Source of the DNA: Dehalococcoidia bacterium
GTDB taxonomy: Bacteria > Chloroflexota > Dehalococcoidia > Lucifugimonadales > UBA1127
Assembly: GCA_965217675.1 (NCBI GenBank)
Contig: OZ244559.1
Coordinates: forward strand, 2,243,216-2,307,215
Direction of reading: 5' to 3'
DNA length: 64,000 bases
Of this stretch, positions 52,904 to 61,092 are shown piece by piece (position 1 is the stretch's first letter; each line of letters begins with the position of its first letter). Position numbers and translations under genes: made by a program. Under the pieces are notes generated by a model. The model was not told the origin of the DNA and ran no database searches. It saw only the letters and a program-made list of their open reading frames with translations.

Positions 52904-53161
52904 CTAGAACAAGCTGCCCGTCGTCGCGAAGGCCGAGCCTGCCGGCAGCGTGGCGACCTCGAGCGAAATGCGGGCGCCACGCTCGCGGCCGCGACTGTAG
53001 AGCTGGCCCACCATGCGAGCGGCCTCCTCCGCGTCGACGCAGAGCGACTTGCCGCTAGCCACGCCGGTGCCCTCGTCGAGGACGCTGACGCGCAGCTGGT
53101 CCTCAAAGCCCTCGAGCCGCTGGAGCTTGATCTGGATGCGCTCTTCCGTCATGGTTGCCAT
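52904..53161 (-). CDS. Small hypothetical protein (85 aa)
   Basis: This is part of ORF 52904..53227. I place the start at ATG 53161, which has a GGAGG RBS 9 nt upstream (MATMTEERIQIKLQRLEGFEDQL...). The longer start at 53227 would lie upstream of the predicted promoter. Confidence 0.45.
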   Translation of the reverse strand: MATMTEERIQIKLQRLEGFEDQLRVSVLDEGTGVASGKSLCVDAEEAARMVGQLYSRGRERGARISLEVATLPAGSAFATTGSLF

Positions 53162-53193
53162 TTCGCTTGCCTCCGTTCGGAATGTCTGGAGGT

Positions 53194-53234
53194 ATTTTAG
53201 AACATAGTTTCTTAGTTTGTCAAACATGTGTTCT
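53194..53234 (-). promoter_or_regulatory. Near-consensus promoter overlapped by two LexA (GAAC-N4-GTTC)-like dyads
   Basis: The minus strand reads TTGACA (53223-53218), an 18-nt spacer, then TAAAAT (53199-53194). The dyads are AGAACATAGTTTCT (53199-53212) and CAAACATGTGTTCT (53221-53234). Each has one half-site mismatch, and their centres are 22 bp apart. Confidence 0.4.
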
Positions 53235-53240
53235 GAAACG

Positions 53241-53501
53241 AAGGGGCGGCGGGGCTTGGGAAGGGCCTCGATAGCAGGAGGCGAGGTTCCCGCCTGCGCG
53301 GGAACGACGGGGTAGGCGTACGCGGGGGTGCGCGGGGGCTGGTGGTGAAGGGAGACCCTTCGACAGGCTCAGGGCCAACGGATTCGCGAAACGGGCCTGT
53401 AACGGATTGGGTTAGGTCGTCTTGCGTCGCGATACGGTCTGCAGGGACGGCACGAGGGACTTGAAGTACTCGTAGGCGTGGGAGGCGCGGCGCTCCCAGT
53501 C
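53241..53501. repeat. Left copy of a direct repeat of about 230-260 bp flanking the S51 peptidase gene
   Basis: It aligns with 54364-54585 through AAGGGGCG..., GAGGTTCCCGCCTGCGCGGGAAC, family A (53356-53381) and GGATTGGGTTAGGTCGTCTTGCG...CGCTCCCAGTC. This left copy carries an extra insert of about 40 bp. Confidence 0.85.
53412..53501 (-). pseudogene. Duplicated 3' fragment (29 codons + stop) of the class II aldolase gene
   Basis: The reverse translation is DWERRASHAYEYFKSLVPSLQTVSRRKTT*. The aldolase C-terminus is DWERRASHAYEYFRSLVPSLQTVARRKTT*. It has no start codon and lies 3 nt from the S51 stop codon. Confidence 0.75.
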
Positions 53502-53504
53502 TCG

Positions 53505-54206
53505 CTATTTGATCTGTTGCGCATTCAGAGGAGTTTCCACTACCTGTCCCCCTGTCAGCTCGACACGGTAGGCTGCCGCTCCAACCCTCCCGCTGACCAC
53601 TTCAGACACCTCGGTCCCCGTGAAGTGTATCGCGGCATCATCGTCAATGGCATATCCGGGTGGGAACCCTTCAGAAATGAGGCTGTGGTAGAGGGGCCGG
53701 CGCTGCTCTTCGCCATCGTAGTGGGGGCAGTGGGAGCCTGGAAGGAATCCCAAACCGTCGTACAGAGACTTGAGTTCGTTCACGTCGAAGGAGTCAGTGG
53801 TGCCGCATTCAAACCAGCAAAGGGACCCTGCGCTTCCACCGCACAGCACAATGCCGGCGTCCCAGGCCTCCTTCAACGCCAGGTCGACGCCGTGGGCCCG
53901 CCATACGGCCAGTAGGTTGGCTGTGTTGCCGCCCAATACGAGGATGACGTCCTGGCTGAGGAGATAGTCTCGGATGTCTCGCACCGTGCGGCTGAACAGC
54001 TCCAAGTGGGAGGGCTCGCAGCGAGAGGCCGGAAAGTTGCTGTAAAACCGGAGGAGATTGGCTGGGGAGTCACCGGTGGCGGTGGGAATGCAGCATACCC
54101 TGGGCCGGTCCTTGCCCGCTAGAGACAGGACATAGTTGTGTAGCGGGTGCATCCCGACCGCGACCGGTCTGGTTCCTCCGAATGCGACAATGTGCTTTCC
54201 TTCCAT
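53505..54206 (-). CDS. Peptidase S51 family (dipeptidase E / cyanophycinase-like) protein
   Basis: This is part of ORF 53505..54269, with the start at ATG 54206 (MEGKHIVAFGG...). VILVLGGNTANLL and CGGSAGSLCWFE (nucleophile Ser region) are present. Confidence 0.8.
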   Translation of the reverse strand: MEGKHIVAFGGTRPVAVGMHPLHNYVLSLAGKDRPRVCCIPTATGDSPANLLRFYSNFPASRCEPSHLELFSRTVRDIRDYLLSQDVILVLGGNTANLLAVWRAHGVDLALKEAWDAGIVLCGGSAGSLCWFECGTTDSFDVNELKSLYDGLGFLPGSHCPHYDGEEQRRPLYHSLISEGFPPGYAIDDDAAIHFTGTEVSEVVSGRVGAAAYRVELTGGQVVETPLNAQQIK

Positions 54207-54363
54207 GCTCTCCCCACTTCGCAAGCCAAGCAGCCAATCGGTGTGCAGCCAACGGAGAATACCATACAACTTGAACCTACGGGCTGAGGGCAGCGCCGGA
54301 CTGCAGGTCCAGCACGAACCTCAACGCGAGGTCTCCTGGTTTGGCAGGCATTCGTTTTGAATC

Positions 54364-54585
54364 AAGGGGCGTGGTGGGTCTTGCAAAGGGCCTCGATGGC
54401 GGAGGGCGAGGTTCCCTCCTGCGCGGGAACGACGGGTAGGGCGCCCAATCCGTTTGTATGCGCCCCTTCGACAGGCTCAGGGCGAACGGATTGGGTTAGG
54501 TCGTCTTGCGGCGGGCGACGGTCTGAAGGGACGGAACGAGGGAGCGGAAGTACTCGTAGGCGTGGGAGGCGCGGCGCTCCCAGTC
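54364..54585. repeat. Right copy of the direct repeat flanking the S51 peptidase gene (includes the authentic aldolase 3' end)
   Basis: See 53241-53501. This copy contains family B (54408-54430) and family A (54464-54489). Confidence 0.85.
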
Positions 54586-55257
54586 GGGGCCGAACTCGGC
54601 GACGTACTCGTCGGTGAGCGGGACGGGCGTGCCGACAATGCTGGCGACGACCTGCATGATGGCCGCGCGCTCGAGGTAGATCGTGTTGCTGACGGAGTGG
54701 TCGACGGTCTGGCCGACGACCACGACGCCGTGGCCTCGCAGGAGGGCGGCGGTGCGGTCGCCAAGGCAGTCGGCGACGGCCTTCCCGTCCTCCCACGAGG
54801 TGATGAGGCGCGGGTGCGGGAAGATGGGCGTCTCCGGCGCGAAGGGGAGCGCCTGGTTGTAGAGGGGTTTGATGGGCACGTTGCCCGCGCCGATGGACGT
54901 GGCGATGAGCTGGTGGGTGTGGACGACGGAGCCGACGTCGGGGCGGGCGAGCATGATGGCGACGTGCAGCATTGTTTCACGGGGCGGCACCGGCGCGTCG
55001 ATGACTCGGCCGCTCTGCTTGCTGGGGTCCCACTGGCTGCCGGTCCCCGCGGCGTAGGCATCGAGGTCGACCTCTACGAGGTCACGGGCGGTGACTTGGT
55101 TGTGGGCCTTCAGGACGGGCTTGATGATCATCCTGTTGGCGCCGGGAATACGGGCGCTGACGTGACCGTGGAAGTCGACGAGACCCTGGTGGTCGAGGAT
55201 GTGCGAGCTCTCGGCGACCTGCTGCTTGAGGCGTCGGATCTCGGCTTGGGAGGGCAT
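54496..55257 (-). CDS. Class II aldolase/adducin family protein
   Basis: ORF 54496..55257. DFHGHVSARIPG, the metal-ligand region VVHTHQLIATS, and LLRGHGVVVVGQT are present. Confidence 0.85.
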   Translation of the reverse strand: MPSQAEIRRLKQQVAESSHILDHQGLVDFHGHVSARIPGANRMIIKPVLKAHNQVTARDLVEVDLDAYAAGTGSQWDPSKQSGRVIDAPVPPRETMLHVAIMLARPDVGSVVHTHQLIATSIGAGNVPIKPLYNQALPFAPETPIFPHPRLITSWEDGKAVADCLGDRTAALLRGHGVVVVGQTVDHSVSNTIYLERAAIMQVVASIVGTPVPLTDEYVAEFGPDWERRASHAYEYFRSLVPSLQTVARRKTT

Positions 55258-55324
55258 GGCGGTCCTTTCTGCGTTGGTGTGTCGGGGTGTAGGTTACCGC
55301 ATTTTTGCGGAGGTTGTGGAACGT

Positions 55325-55786
55325 TCAGCGATTGCCGCCGCGCGCTTCCTTGCCGACTCTGTAGAGGTAGTGGCCGAGGAGGAGCACGAAGGTGGCGAGG
55401 ACGACGTGGAAGAGGGCGGGCAGGCTTCGTGCGAACCACTCTACGTCGGTCAGGAACGTGAGCCCGGCGACGAGTCGAATCGCCATGACGGCGAAGTAGG
55501 CGCCGCCGAGGATGAAGCAGGCGTTGTGCTTCCACGATGCGGGTCGCACGGCGTCCGCTCGCACGAGGAAGAGCACCCGGGCAAGCAGTGCGATGATTGC
55601 CACCTGCGTCGCGAGGAGCAGGGGGTAGGGCAGGGCGGAACCTTGCCAAGCGTCGAAAGAGGGCAGGAACGGGACAGGGCCCACCCACTGCACCACCTGC
55701 GCCAGCACTCGCAGGACGAACAGCACTGTGAGCGCGGCCATCCAGGGCAGGTAGCGGCTATGGATGGGGGTCGTGTCTTTGTTCAT
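55325..55786 (-). CDS. Hypothetical integral membrane protein (about 4 TM)
   Basis: ORF 55325..55786. It has four long hydrophobic segments. I recognise no family. Confidence 0.5.
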   Translation of the reverse strand: MNKDTTPIHSRYLPWMAALTVLFVLRVLAQVVQWVGPVPFLPSFDAWQGSALPYPLLLATQVAIIALLARVLFLVRADAVRPASWKHNACFILGGAYFAVMAIRLVAGLTFLTDVEWFARSLPALFHVVLATFVLLLGHYLYRVGKEARGGNR

Positions 55787-55890
55787 CAGTGCGAGACCAG
55801 GTCAGCGTACCAGACGAAAGCGCCACGATTGAGAGCAGGTTACACTATTGGGCGCACTGGCAAGTCGCCGTTCTAACAGGGAAGTGTGAT

Positions 55891-56462
55891 GTGAAACGTG
55901 AGCCTCCGTTGTGGTTAATCGTGACGGGCCCGCCCGCCGCCGGAAAGACTACCCTGGCCAGAAGACTTGCAATGGACCTAGATATACCTCTGTATGAAAA
56001 GGATGTCTTCAAGGACACCCTCTTTCAAACTCTGGGCTCTGGCGATAAAGCTTGGTCTCAGCAAGTTGGCATGGCCGCGATTCGCTTGTTGTTTCTCGTT
56101 GCCGACCGGATGTTACGCACAGGGGCATCGCTAACCACCGAATGCAACTTCGCCACACGGCTGTCCTCCGAGCAAGTTGGCGAGATTGCGGAAGGCGCTC
56201 GAGCAAGCGTCATTCAAGTCCATTGCTCGGCCCCCCAGATATCTTGGTGGAGCGAAACGCGGCGCGGTTGGCGCCGCCCAACTTGCGCCCCGGTCACCAC
56301 GTCATGACCAGCGAGGAATTGCTAGAGGGTGTCCGCTCTGGAGTCTGGGAGCCGCTTGAGGTTTCTTCAAAGATCGTTCGCGTGGATACCTCTGGCTCTT
56401 TCAACTATGCGAGCGTCCTACGGGACATTGTCCAAGATGCGCCGCATCCAAGCCGCGACTGA
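55891..56462 (+). pseudogene. P-loop kinase-like (AAA_33 / zeta-toxin-like) ATP-binding protein, frameshifted in a C6 run
   Basis: GTG 55891 gives VKREPPLWLIVTGPPAAGKTTLARRLA... in the frame of ORF 55789..56307. The homologous C-terminus (PDILVERNAARL...VRVDTSGSF...) continues in the frame of ORF 56052..56462. The switch occurs at CCCCCC 56231-56236, and one extra C would restore a single ORF. Confidence 0.65.
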
Positions 56463-56499
56463 TAGCGCAGGGCATCCCGCTCCACATCCCCGCCCCTCT

Positions 56500-56525
56500 G
56501 GATCCCGGCCTCCGCCGGGATGACG
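56500..56525 (+). repeat. Family D hairpin repeat (GGATCCCGGCCTCCGCCGGGATGACG)
   Basis: It is preceded by CCGCCCCTCT, as in the copies at 48859 and 49136. Confidence 0.7.
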
Positions 56526-56533
56526 AACGGAGG

Positions 56534-59251
56534 TTAGCCGGCGGCGGGGATTTCCTCGGGTTCCGTGACCTTGACGACCTTGACGGCGCAGGCCTTGAAC
56601 TCGGCTGTCTCCGTTACCGGGTCGTGGGCGTCTGTGGTGAGGATGTTGGTCAGCACGCCCTCCGGGAAGTGGAAGGTCATGAAGACGACGCCCTCTGGCG
56701 ACTTGTCGGTGATGATGACGTTCAGTTGCAGGCTGCCTCGGCGCGAAGAGATTTCCACGAGGTCGCCGTCCACGATGCCAAGCGCAGCCGCGTCGTCGGG
56801 GTGGACCTCCAGGCCCTCCCGAGGGACCAGCAACTCGAAGCCTTCGACGCGGCCCGTCTGGGTGCCTGTGTGGTAGGTGGCGCGACGGCGACCCGTCGTC
56901 AGGATGAGCGGGTACTCCTCGTCCGGCGGCTCCGCCAGGTCGACGTGGGGCACGGGCTGGAAGTAGCCCTTCTCCGAGAAGAACTCCTCCTTGTGCAGGT
57001 ACGGCGTGCCGGGGTGGTCTGTGGTGGGGCACGGCCACTGGATGCCCTGCAGCCGGATGCGGTCGTAGTTGATGCCCGCCAGGATGGGCGAGTTCCGCGC
57101 CTGCTCGTCCCAGACCTCGCTGGCGTGGTTGTAGTGGAGCGGGTAGCCCATGCGGTTGATGATTTCGAGGAAGATCTCCCAGTCGGAGCGGGCCTCGCCG
57201 GGGGGCTCGACAGCCTTGTTGAGGAGCTGCACGCGGCGCTCGGTGTTCGAGAAGGTGCCGTCCACCTCGGCGAAGGCGGCTGCGGGCAGGACGATGTCCG
57301 CCATCTTGGCGGTGTCGGTCAGGAACATGTCCTGCACGACGAGGAACTCGACCCTGTCCAGCGCCGCGCGGGTCTTGAGCACGTTGGCGTCGGACACGGC
57401 GGTGTTCTCACCCATGATGTACACGACGCGGACCTTGTCCTCGAGTATTTCGTCGAGAATGGAGATCTTGGTCTTGCCGGGGTTGGGGTCGATGGGGACG
57501 CCCCACTCGCGCTCCCATGCCTCGCGCGCCTCAGTGTTGCTGATGCGCTGGTAGCCGGGCAGGTAGTTGGGGGTGCACCCGGCGTCGCCGGCGCCCTGCA
57601 CGTTGTTCTGGCCACGCAGGGGGTTCACGCCGGCGCTCTCCATGCCGAAGTAGCCGCACAGCAGCCCGAGGTTGGCCAGCGACTGCACGTTGTGGACGCC
57701 GCAGGAGTGCTCCGTGATGCCTAGGGTGTAGATGATGGCAGCATTGCCGGCGGTGGCGTACTCGCGGGCGGTGTCGATGATGTCCTGCGCGGGGACGCCG
57801 GAGATCTTCTCCGCGACCTGCGGGGTGTAGCCCTTCACGAACTCCGCCAGCTCCTCGATCCCCTCGGTGCGGCGCTCCACGTATTCCTTGTTGTAGAGCC
57901 CCTCCTTGATGATGACGTGGGCCATGGCGTTGTAAAGGGGAATGTCAGTGCCGATGCGCAGGCGCAGCCAGCGGTCGGCCAGGCCGGTGAGCTCGATGCG
58001 GCGCGGGTCCGCGACGATGAGCCTCGCGCCCTTGGAGACGGCCCGCTTCACGCGGAGCGCCAGCACGGGGTGGGTTTCCGTGGTGTTGGTGCCCGTGGCG
58101 AAGATGAGCTTGGCGTTCTCCAACTCGGCGATGGAGTTGGTCATCGCGCCGCGCCCGACCATGACCGCCATACCGGCGATCGTGGGGGCGTGTCAGGTGC
58201 GCGAACAGTTGTCGATGTTGTTGGTGCCGATGACGGCGCGGGCCAGCTTCTGCATGAGAAAGTTGCCCTCGCTGGGGGCGCGGGCCGAACTCCACAGGGC
58301 GAAGGCGTTGGGGCCGGACTCGGCCTTCACGGTCTGGAACTTGTCGACGAGCAGGCTCAGGGCCTCCTCCCACGTCGCGGGCTGCAGGACGCCGTCCCGA
58401 CGAATGAGCGGGGTCTTGAGGCGGTCGGGGCTTCGAATGAAGTCGATGCCGAACTGGCCCTTGACGCAGAGCGAACCGGCGCTGGCGGGGGCGTCCCAAT
58501 CGGGCGTCACGCCGATGAACTCGCCGTGGGCGACGTTCAGCTCGATGCCGCAACCGGTGCCGCAGAAGGGGCAGATGGAGCGCACCTTGGTGACGTCCTC
58601 CGCCACTGCCTTGCCGAGCATCTTCCGGTCCATGAGCGCGCCCGTGGGGCACGTCTGGATGCACTGGCCGCAGAAGGTGCAGTTGCTGCCCAAGAGGCTC
58701 TCGTGGAAGGGCGCGACGATGTTCGTGCCGAAGCCGCGGCCCTCCGGGATGATGGCGTGGGCCTGCTCCAGCTCGTTGCAGACGCGGGTGCAGCGGTAGC
58801 ACAGGATGCACTGGGAGTAGTCGCGGGCGATGAAGGGGTTGGTGTCCTCCGGGATGCGGCCGCTGATGGCGCCGTCGTAGTAGTCCGTCGCGACGCCGTA
58901 GTCACCCGCCAGCGAGTGGAGCTCGCAGGGGCCGCGCTCGATGCAGGAGCGGCACTCCTCCGTGGGGTTCTCGGAAAGGACGAGCTTGAGGATGGTCTTC
59001 CGGTTCTCCTCCAGCTCGTCGTCGCTGGTGGTTACGTTCATGTCGGCCTGCAGGGCGTGGGCGCAGGACGCGACGGGCAGCCGTCGGCCATCCACCTTCA
59101 CGACGCACAGGCGGCAGCTCGCGGAGGGGTCGACGCGGGAGTCGTAGCAGAGGGTCGGGACATCCGCGCCGCAACGCCGGGCGGCTTCGAGGATGGTCTC
59201 GCCGTCCTGCAGCTCGACCTTGTTTCCGTCTATGGTTGCCGTGACACTCAT
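56534..59251 (-). CDS. fdhA: NAD-type formate dehydrogenase alpha subunit (2Fe-2S / 4Fe-4S / molybdopterin domains) with an in-frame UGA read as selenocysteine
   Basis: ORFs 58193..59251 and 56534..58171 are in the same frame. They are separated only by TGA (58195-58193) plus 7 sense codons. The junction reads NNIDNCSRT-U-HAPTIAGMAVMVGRGAMTNS, aligning with the active-site (C/U)H of formate dehydrogenases. The N-terminus has NuoG-like Fe-S motifs, and the C-terminus has the molybdopterin-binding beta-barrel. Confidence 0.85.
58159..58195 (-). promoter_or_regulatory. UGA codon plus candidate bacterial SECIS hairpin
   Basis: The mRNA reads UGA CACGCCCCCAC GAUCGCC GGUAU GGCGGUC AUGG. A 7-bp stem starts 11 nt after the UGA. 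It can be extended by A-U, C-G and C-G after one mismatch. The loop contains GGU, at the same codon position as the GGU in the loop of the E. coli fdhF SECIS. Confidence 0.6.
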
Positions 59252-59313
59252 TGCCGTCTCCCCGCTTCCCTAGCCGACTGTGCGCCGCTGGGAGAAGGAT
59301 GATACACCCTCTG

Positions 59314-60969
59314 TTAGATAAAGTGGCAGACGCCAGCCGGGCAGACACCCTGACGGTGGGCTTCCAACTCCTCGCCGAAGAATCGCACCAGACCGTGCAA
59401 GACGAGCGGCGCCGCCTGCCCAAGCCCGCATGCGGAGTTGGCCGACATGGCCGCGCCGATCTCGTTGAACTCGTCCATCATGCTCGGCGACGGCTCTGCG
59501 CGGCCGGTGAGGGCGTCGAGGCGCTCTCGGAGGCGGACGGTGCCGACTCGACAGGGGAAGCACTTGCCGCAGCTTTCGGCCTCGTAGAAGAGCATGCAGG
59601 TGCGCACGAGGTCGACCACGCAGCAGGCGTCGTCGAACACCACGACGCCGCCGGAGCCGAGCGCAAAGCCGTGCTGCCGAGGCGCGGCGTAGTCAAGGGG
59701 CATGTCCAGGTGCTCGGCCGCCAACAGGCCGCCGGAGATGCCGCCGAGGGTGTATCCCTTTACCCTGCGGCCGGGCAGCGCGCCGCCGCCCGCGCCCTCG
59801 ATGAGCTCACGGGCCGTGACGCCGAGAGGGAGCTCGTAGGGGCCGGGGCGGGCCACGCGGCCGCTGACGGAGTAGAGCTTGGTGCCGGCGTTATCGTCCC
59901 GCCCCAGCGACCGGTACCAGTCTGCGCCGCGCTCCAGGATAGATGGCACGGAGCAGAACGTCTCGACGTTGTTGATGACGGTGGGCAGACCCCACAACCC
60001 CTTCTGCGTCGGGAAGGGCGGGCGCTCACGGGGCCAGGGCACGAGGCCCTCCAGCGAGTTCAGCAGCGACGTCTCCTCGCCGCACACGTAGGAGCCAAGA
60101 CCCCGCGCGACCTGCAGGTCGAAGTTGAACGCGCCGCCGAGGGCGCCGTCGCCTATGAGCCCGGCGGCCTCCGCCTCCGCGATGGCCTCGTTGAGGACGT
60201 CGCAGGCCTCCGGGTACTCGTAGCGGAGGTAGATGACGCCCGCCGTGGCGCCGACGACGTGGCCGGCGATGGCCATGGATTCGATCAGGAGGTGGGGATT
60301 GAGGTGGAGCAGCGGACGGTCCTTGAAGGTGCCCGGCTCGCCCTCGTCGGCGTTGCAGACCACGTACTTCTGGTCGCCGGGGGTCTCGCGGACGGCCTGC
60401 CACTTGGCGGCGAGGGGGAAGCCCGCGCCGCCGCGGCCTAGGAGGCCGCCAGCACGCAGCGTTTCGAGCGCGTCGGCGTCGGCGTCCTGCTCGACCAGGC
60501 GGCGAAGCTGCGCGTAACCGCCGTTGGCGCGGTAGACGTCAAGGTTGCGGAGGCCGGGCGTGCGTATGTCGCGAAAGAGGACCTCCTCCACGCCGTCGAC
60601 AGCGTCGGCGGGCGGTGGCGGCGGCAGGAACGGGTCGGCGGCTGTGCCACGGAAGCGGCCATCGGCGAGCGTCGCGGGGGCCTGGTCGCACAGGCCGGGG
60701 CAGGCGATGCCCTCGCCGGGCGTGCCGCGTCCCACGCCGACCCCAGGGAGGCAGCAGGCGGGGCCGCCGCACGTGCCCTCTCGCAGCAAGTGGTCCTTGC
60801 CGAGGTTGGAGTAGTGGTAGAAGGAGGCAGCCTGGTGGACATAGGCCGGGGAAATCTTGAGGGCCTTTGCGATGCCGTTCAGGGTCTCCTCTGACATCAT
60901 GCCGGGTTGCTCCATGGCGTCATGGAGCATCGGAAGGAACGGCGCATGGGCCCTGGTGCTGTCTGCCAT
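59314..60969 (-). CDS. Formate dehydrogenase beta / NADH dehydrogenase subunit (fused NuoE-like + NuoF-like, FMN and NAD binding, 4Fe-4S)
   Basis: This is part of ORF 59314..61005, with a probable start at ATG 60969. GLLGRGGAGFPLAAKW, CNADEGEPGTFKDR and ESCGKCFPCRVGT are present. Confidence 0.85.
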   Translation of the reverse strand: MADSTRAHAPFLPMLHDAMEQPGMMSEETLNGIAKALKISPAYVHQAASFYHYSNLGKDHLLREGTCGGPACCLPGVGVGRGTPGEGIACPGLCDQAPATLADGRFRGTAADPFLPPPPPADAVDGVEEVLFRDIRTPGLRNLDVYRANGGYAQLRRLVEQDADADALETLRAGGLLGRGGAGFPLAAKWQAVRETPGDQKYVVCNADEGEPGTFKDRPLLHLNPHLLIESMAIAGHVVGATAGVIYLRYEYPEACDVLNEAIAEAEAAGLIGDGALGGAFNFDLQVARGLGSYVCGEETSLLNSLEGLVPWPRERPPFPTQKGLWGLPTVINNVETFCSVPSILERGADWYRSLGRDDNAGTKLYSVSGRVARPGPYELPLGVTARELIEGAGGGALPGRRVKGYTLGGISGGLLAAEHLDMPLDYAAPRQHGFALGSGGVVVFDDACCVVDLVRTCMLFYEAESCGKCFPCRVGTVRLRERLDALTGRAEPSPSMMDEFNEIGAAMSANSACGLGQAAPLVLHGLVRFFGEELEAHRQGVCPAGVCHFI

Positions 60970-61046
60970 AACTCCATTGTACGTACGGGCAATGAATATC
61001 CACAATCAACAATGGGTGCGTTGGGATTATTCTATGTGCGAATAAC

Positions 61047-61080
61047 AGAATAGGCCCCGCCAGTGGCGGGGCCTATTCTG
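61047..61080 (-). terminator. Terminator hairpin after the vWA gene
   Basis: A perfect 15-bp stem (AGAATAGGCCCCGCC / GGCGGGGCCTATTCT) closes a 4-nt loop and is followed on the minus strand by GTTATT. Confidence 0.6.
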
Positions 61081-61092
61081 GGGTGGGATTCC

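Noticed and set aside
53199-53234. Reading AGAACA…TGTTCT as a single long-spaced inverted repeat operator for an unknown regulator
   Set aside because: The two halves resolve better as two separate 14-nt GAAC-N4-GTTC-like dyads two helical turns apart. The single-operator reading is kept only as an alternative within the LexA-box finding.
56534-58171. Treating ORF 56534..58171 (starting at Met 58171) and ORF 58193..59251 as two separate genes or as a nonsense-disrupted pseudogene
   Set aside because: The two share a frame. The stop is a UGA exactly at the catalytic Cys/Sec position of formate dehydrogenases, and a SECIS-like hairpin follows at the canonical 11-nt distance. A single selenoprotein gene is the more economical reading, pending confirmation of the sel genes.
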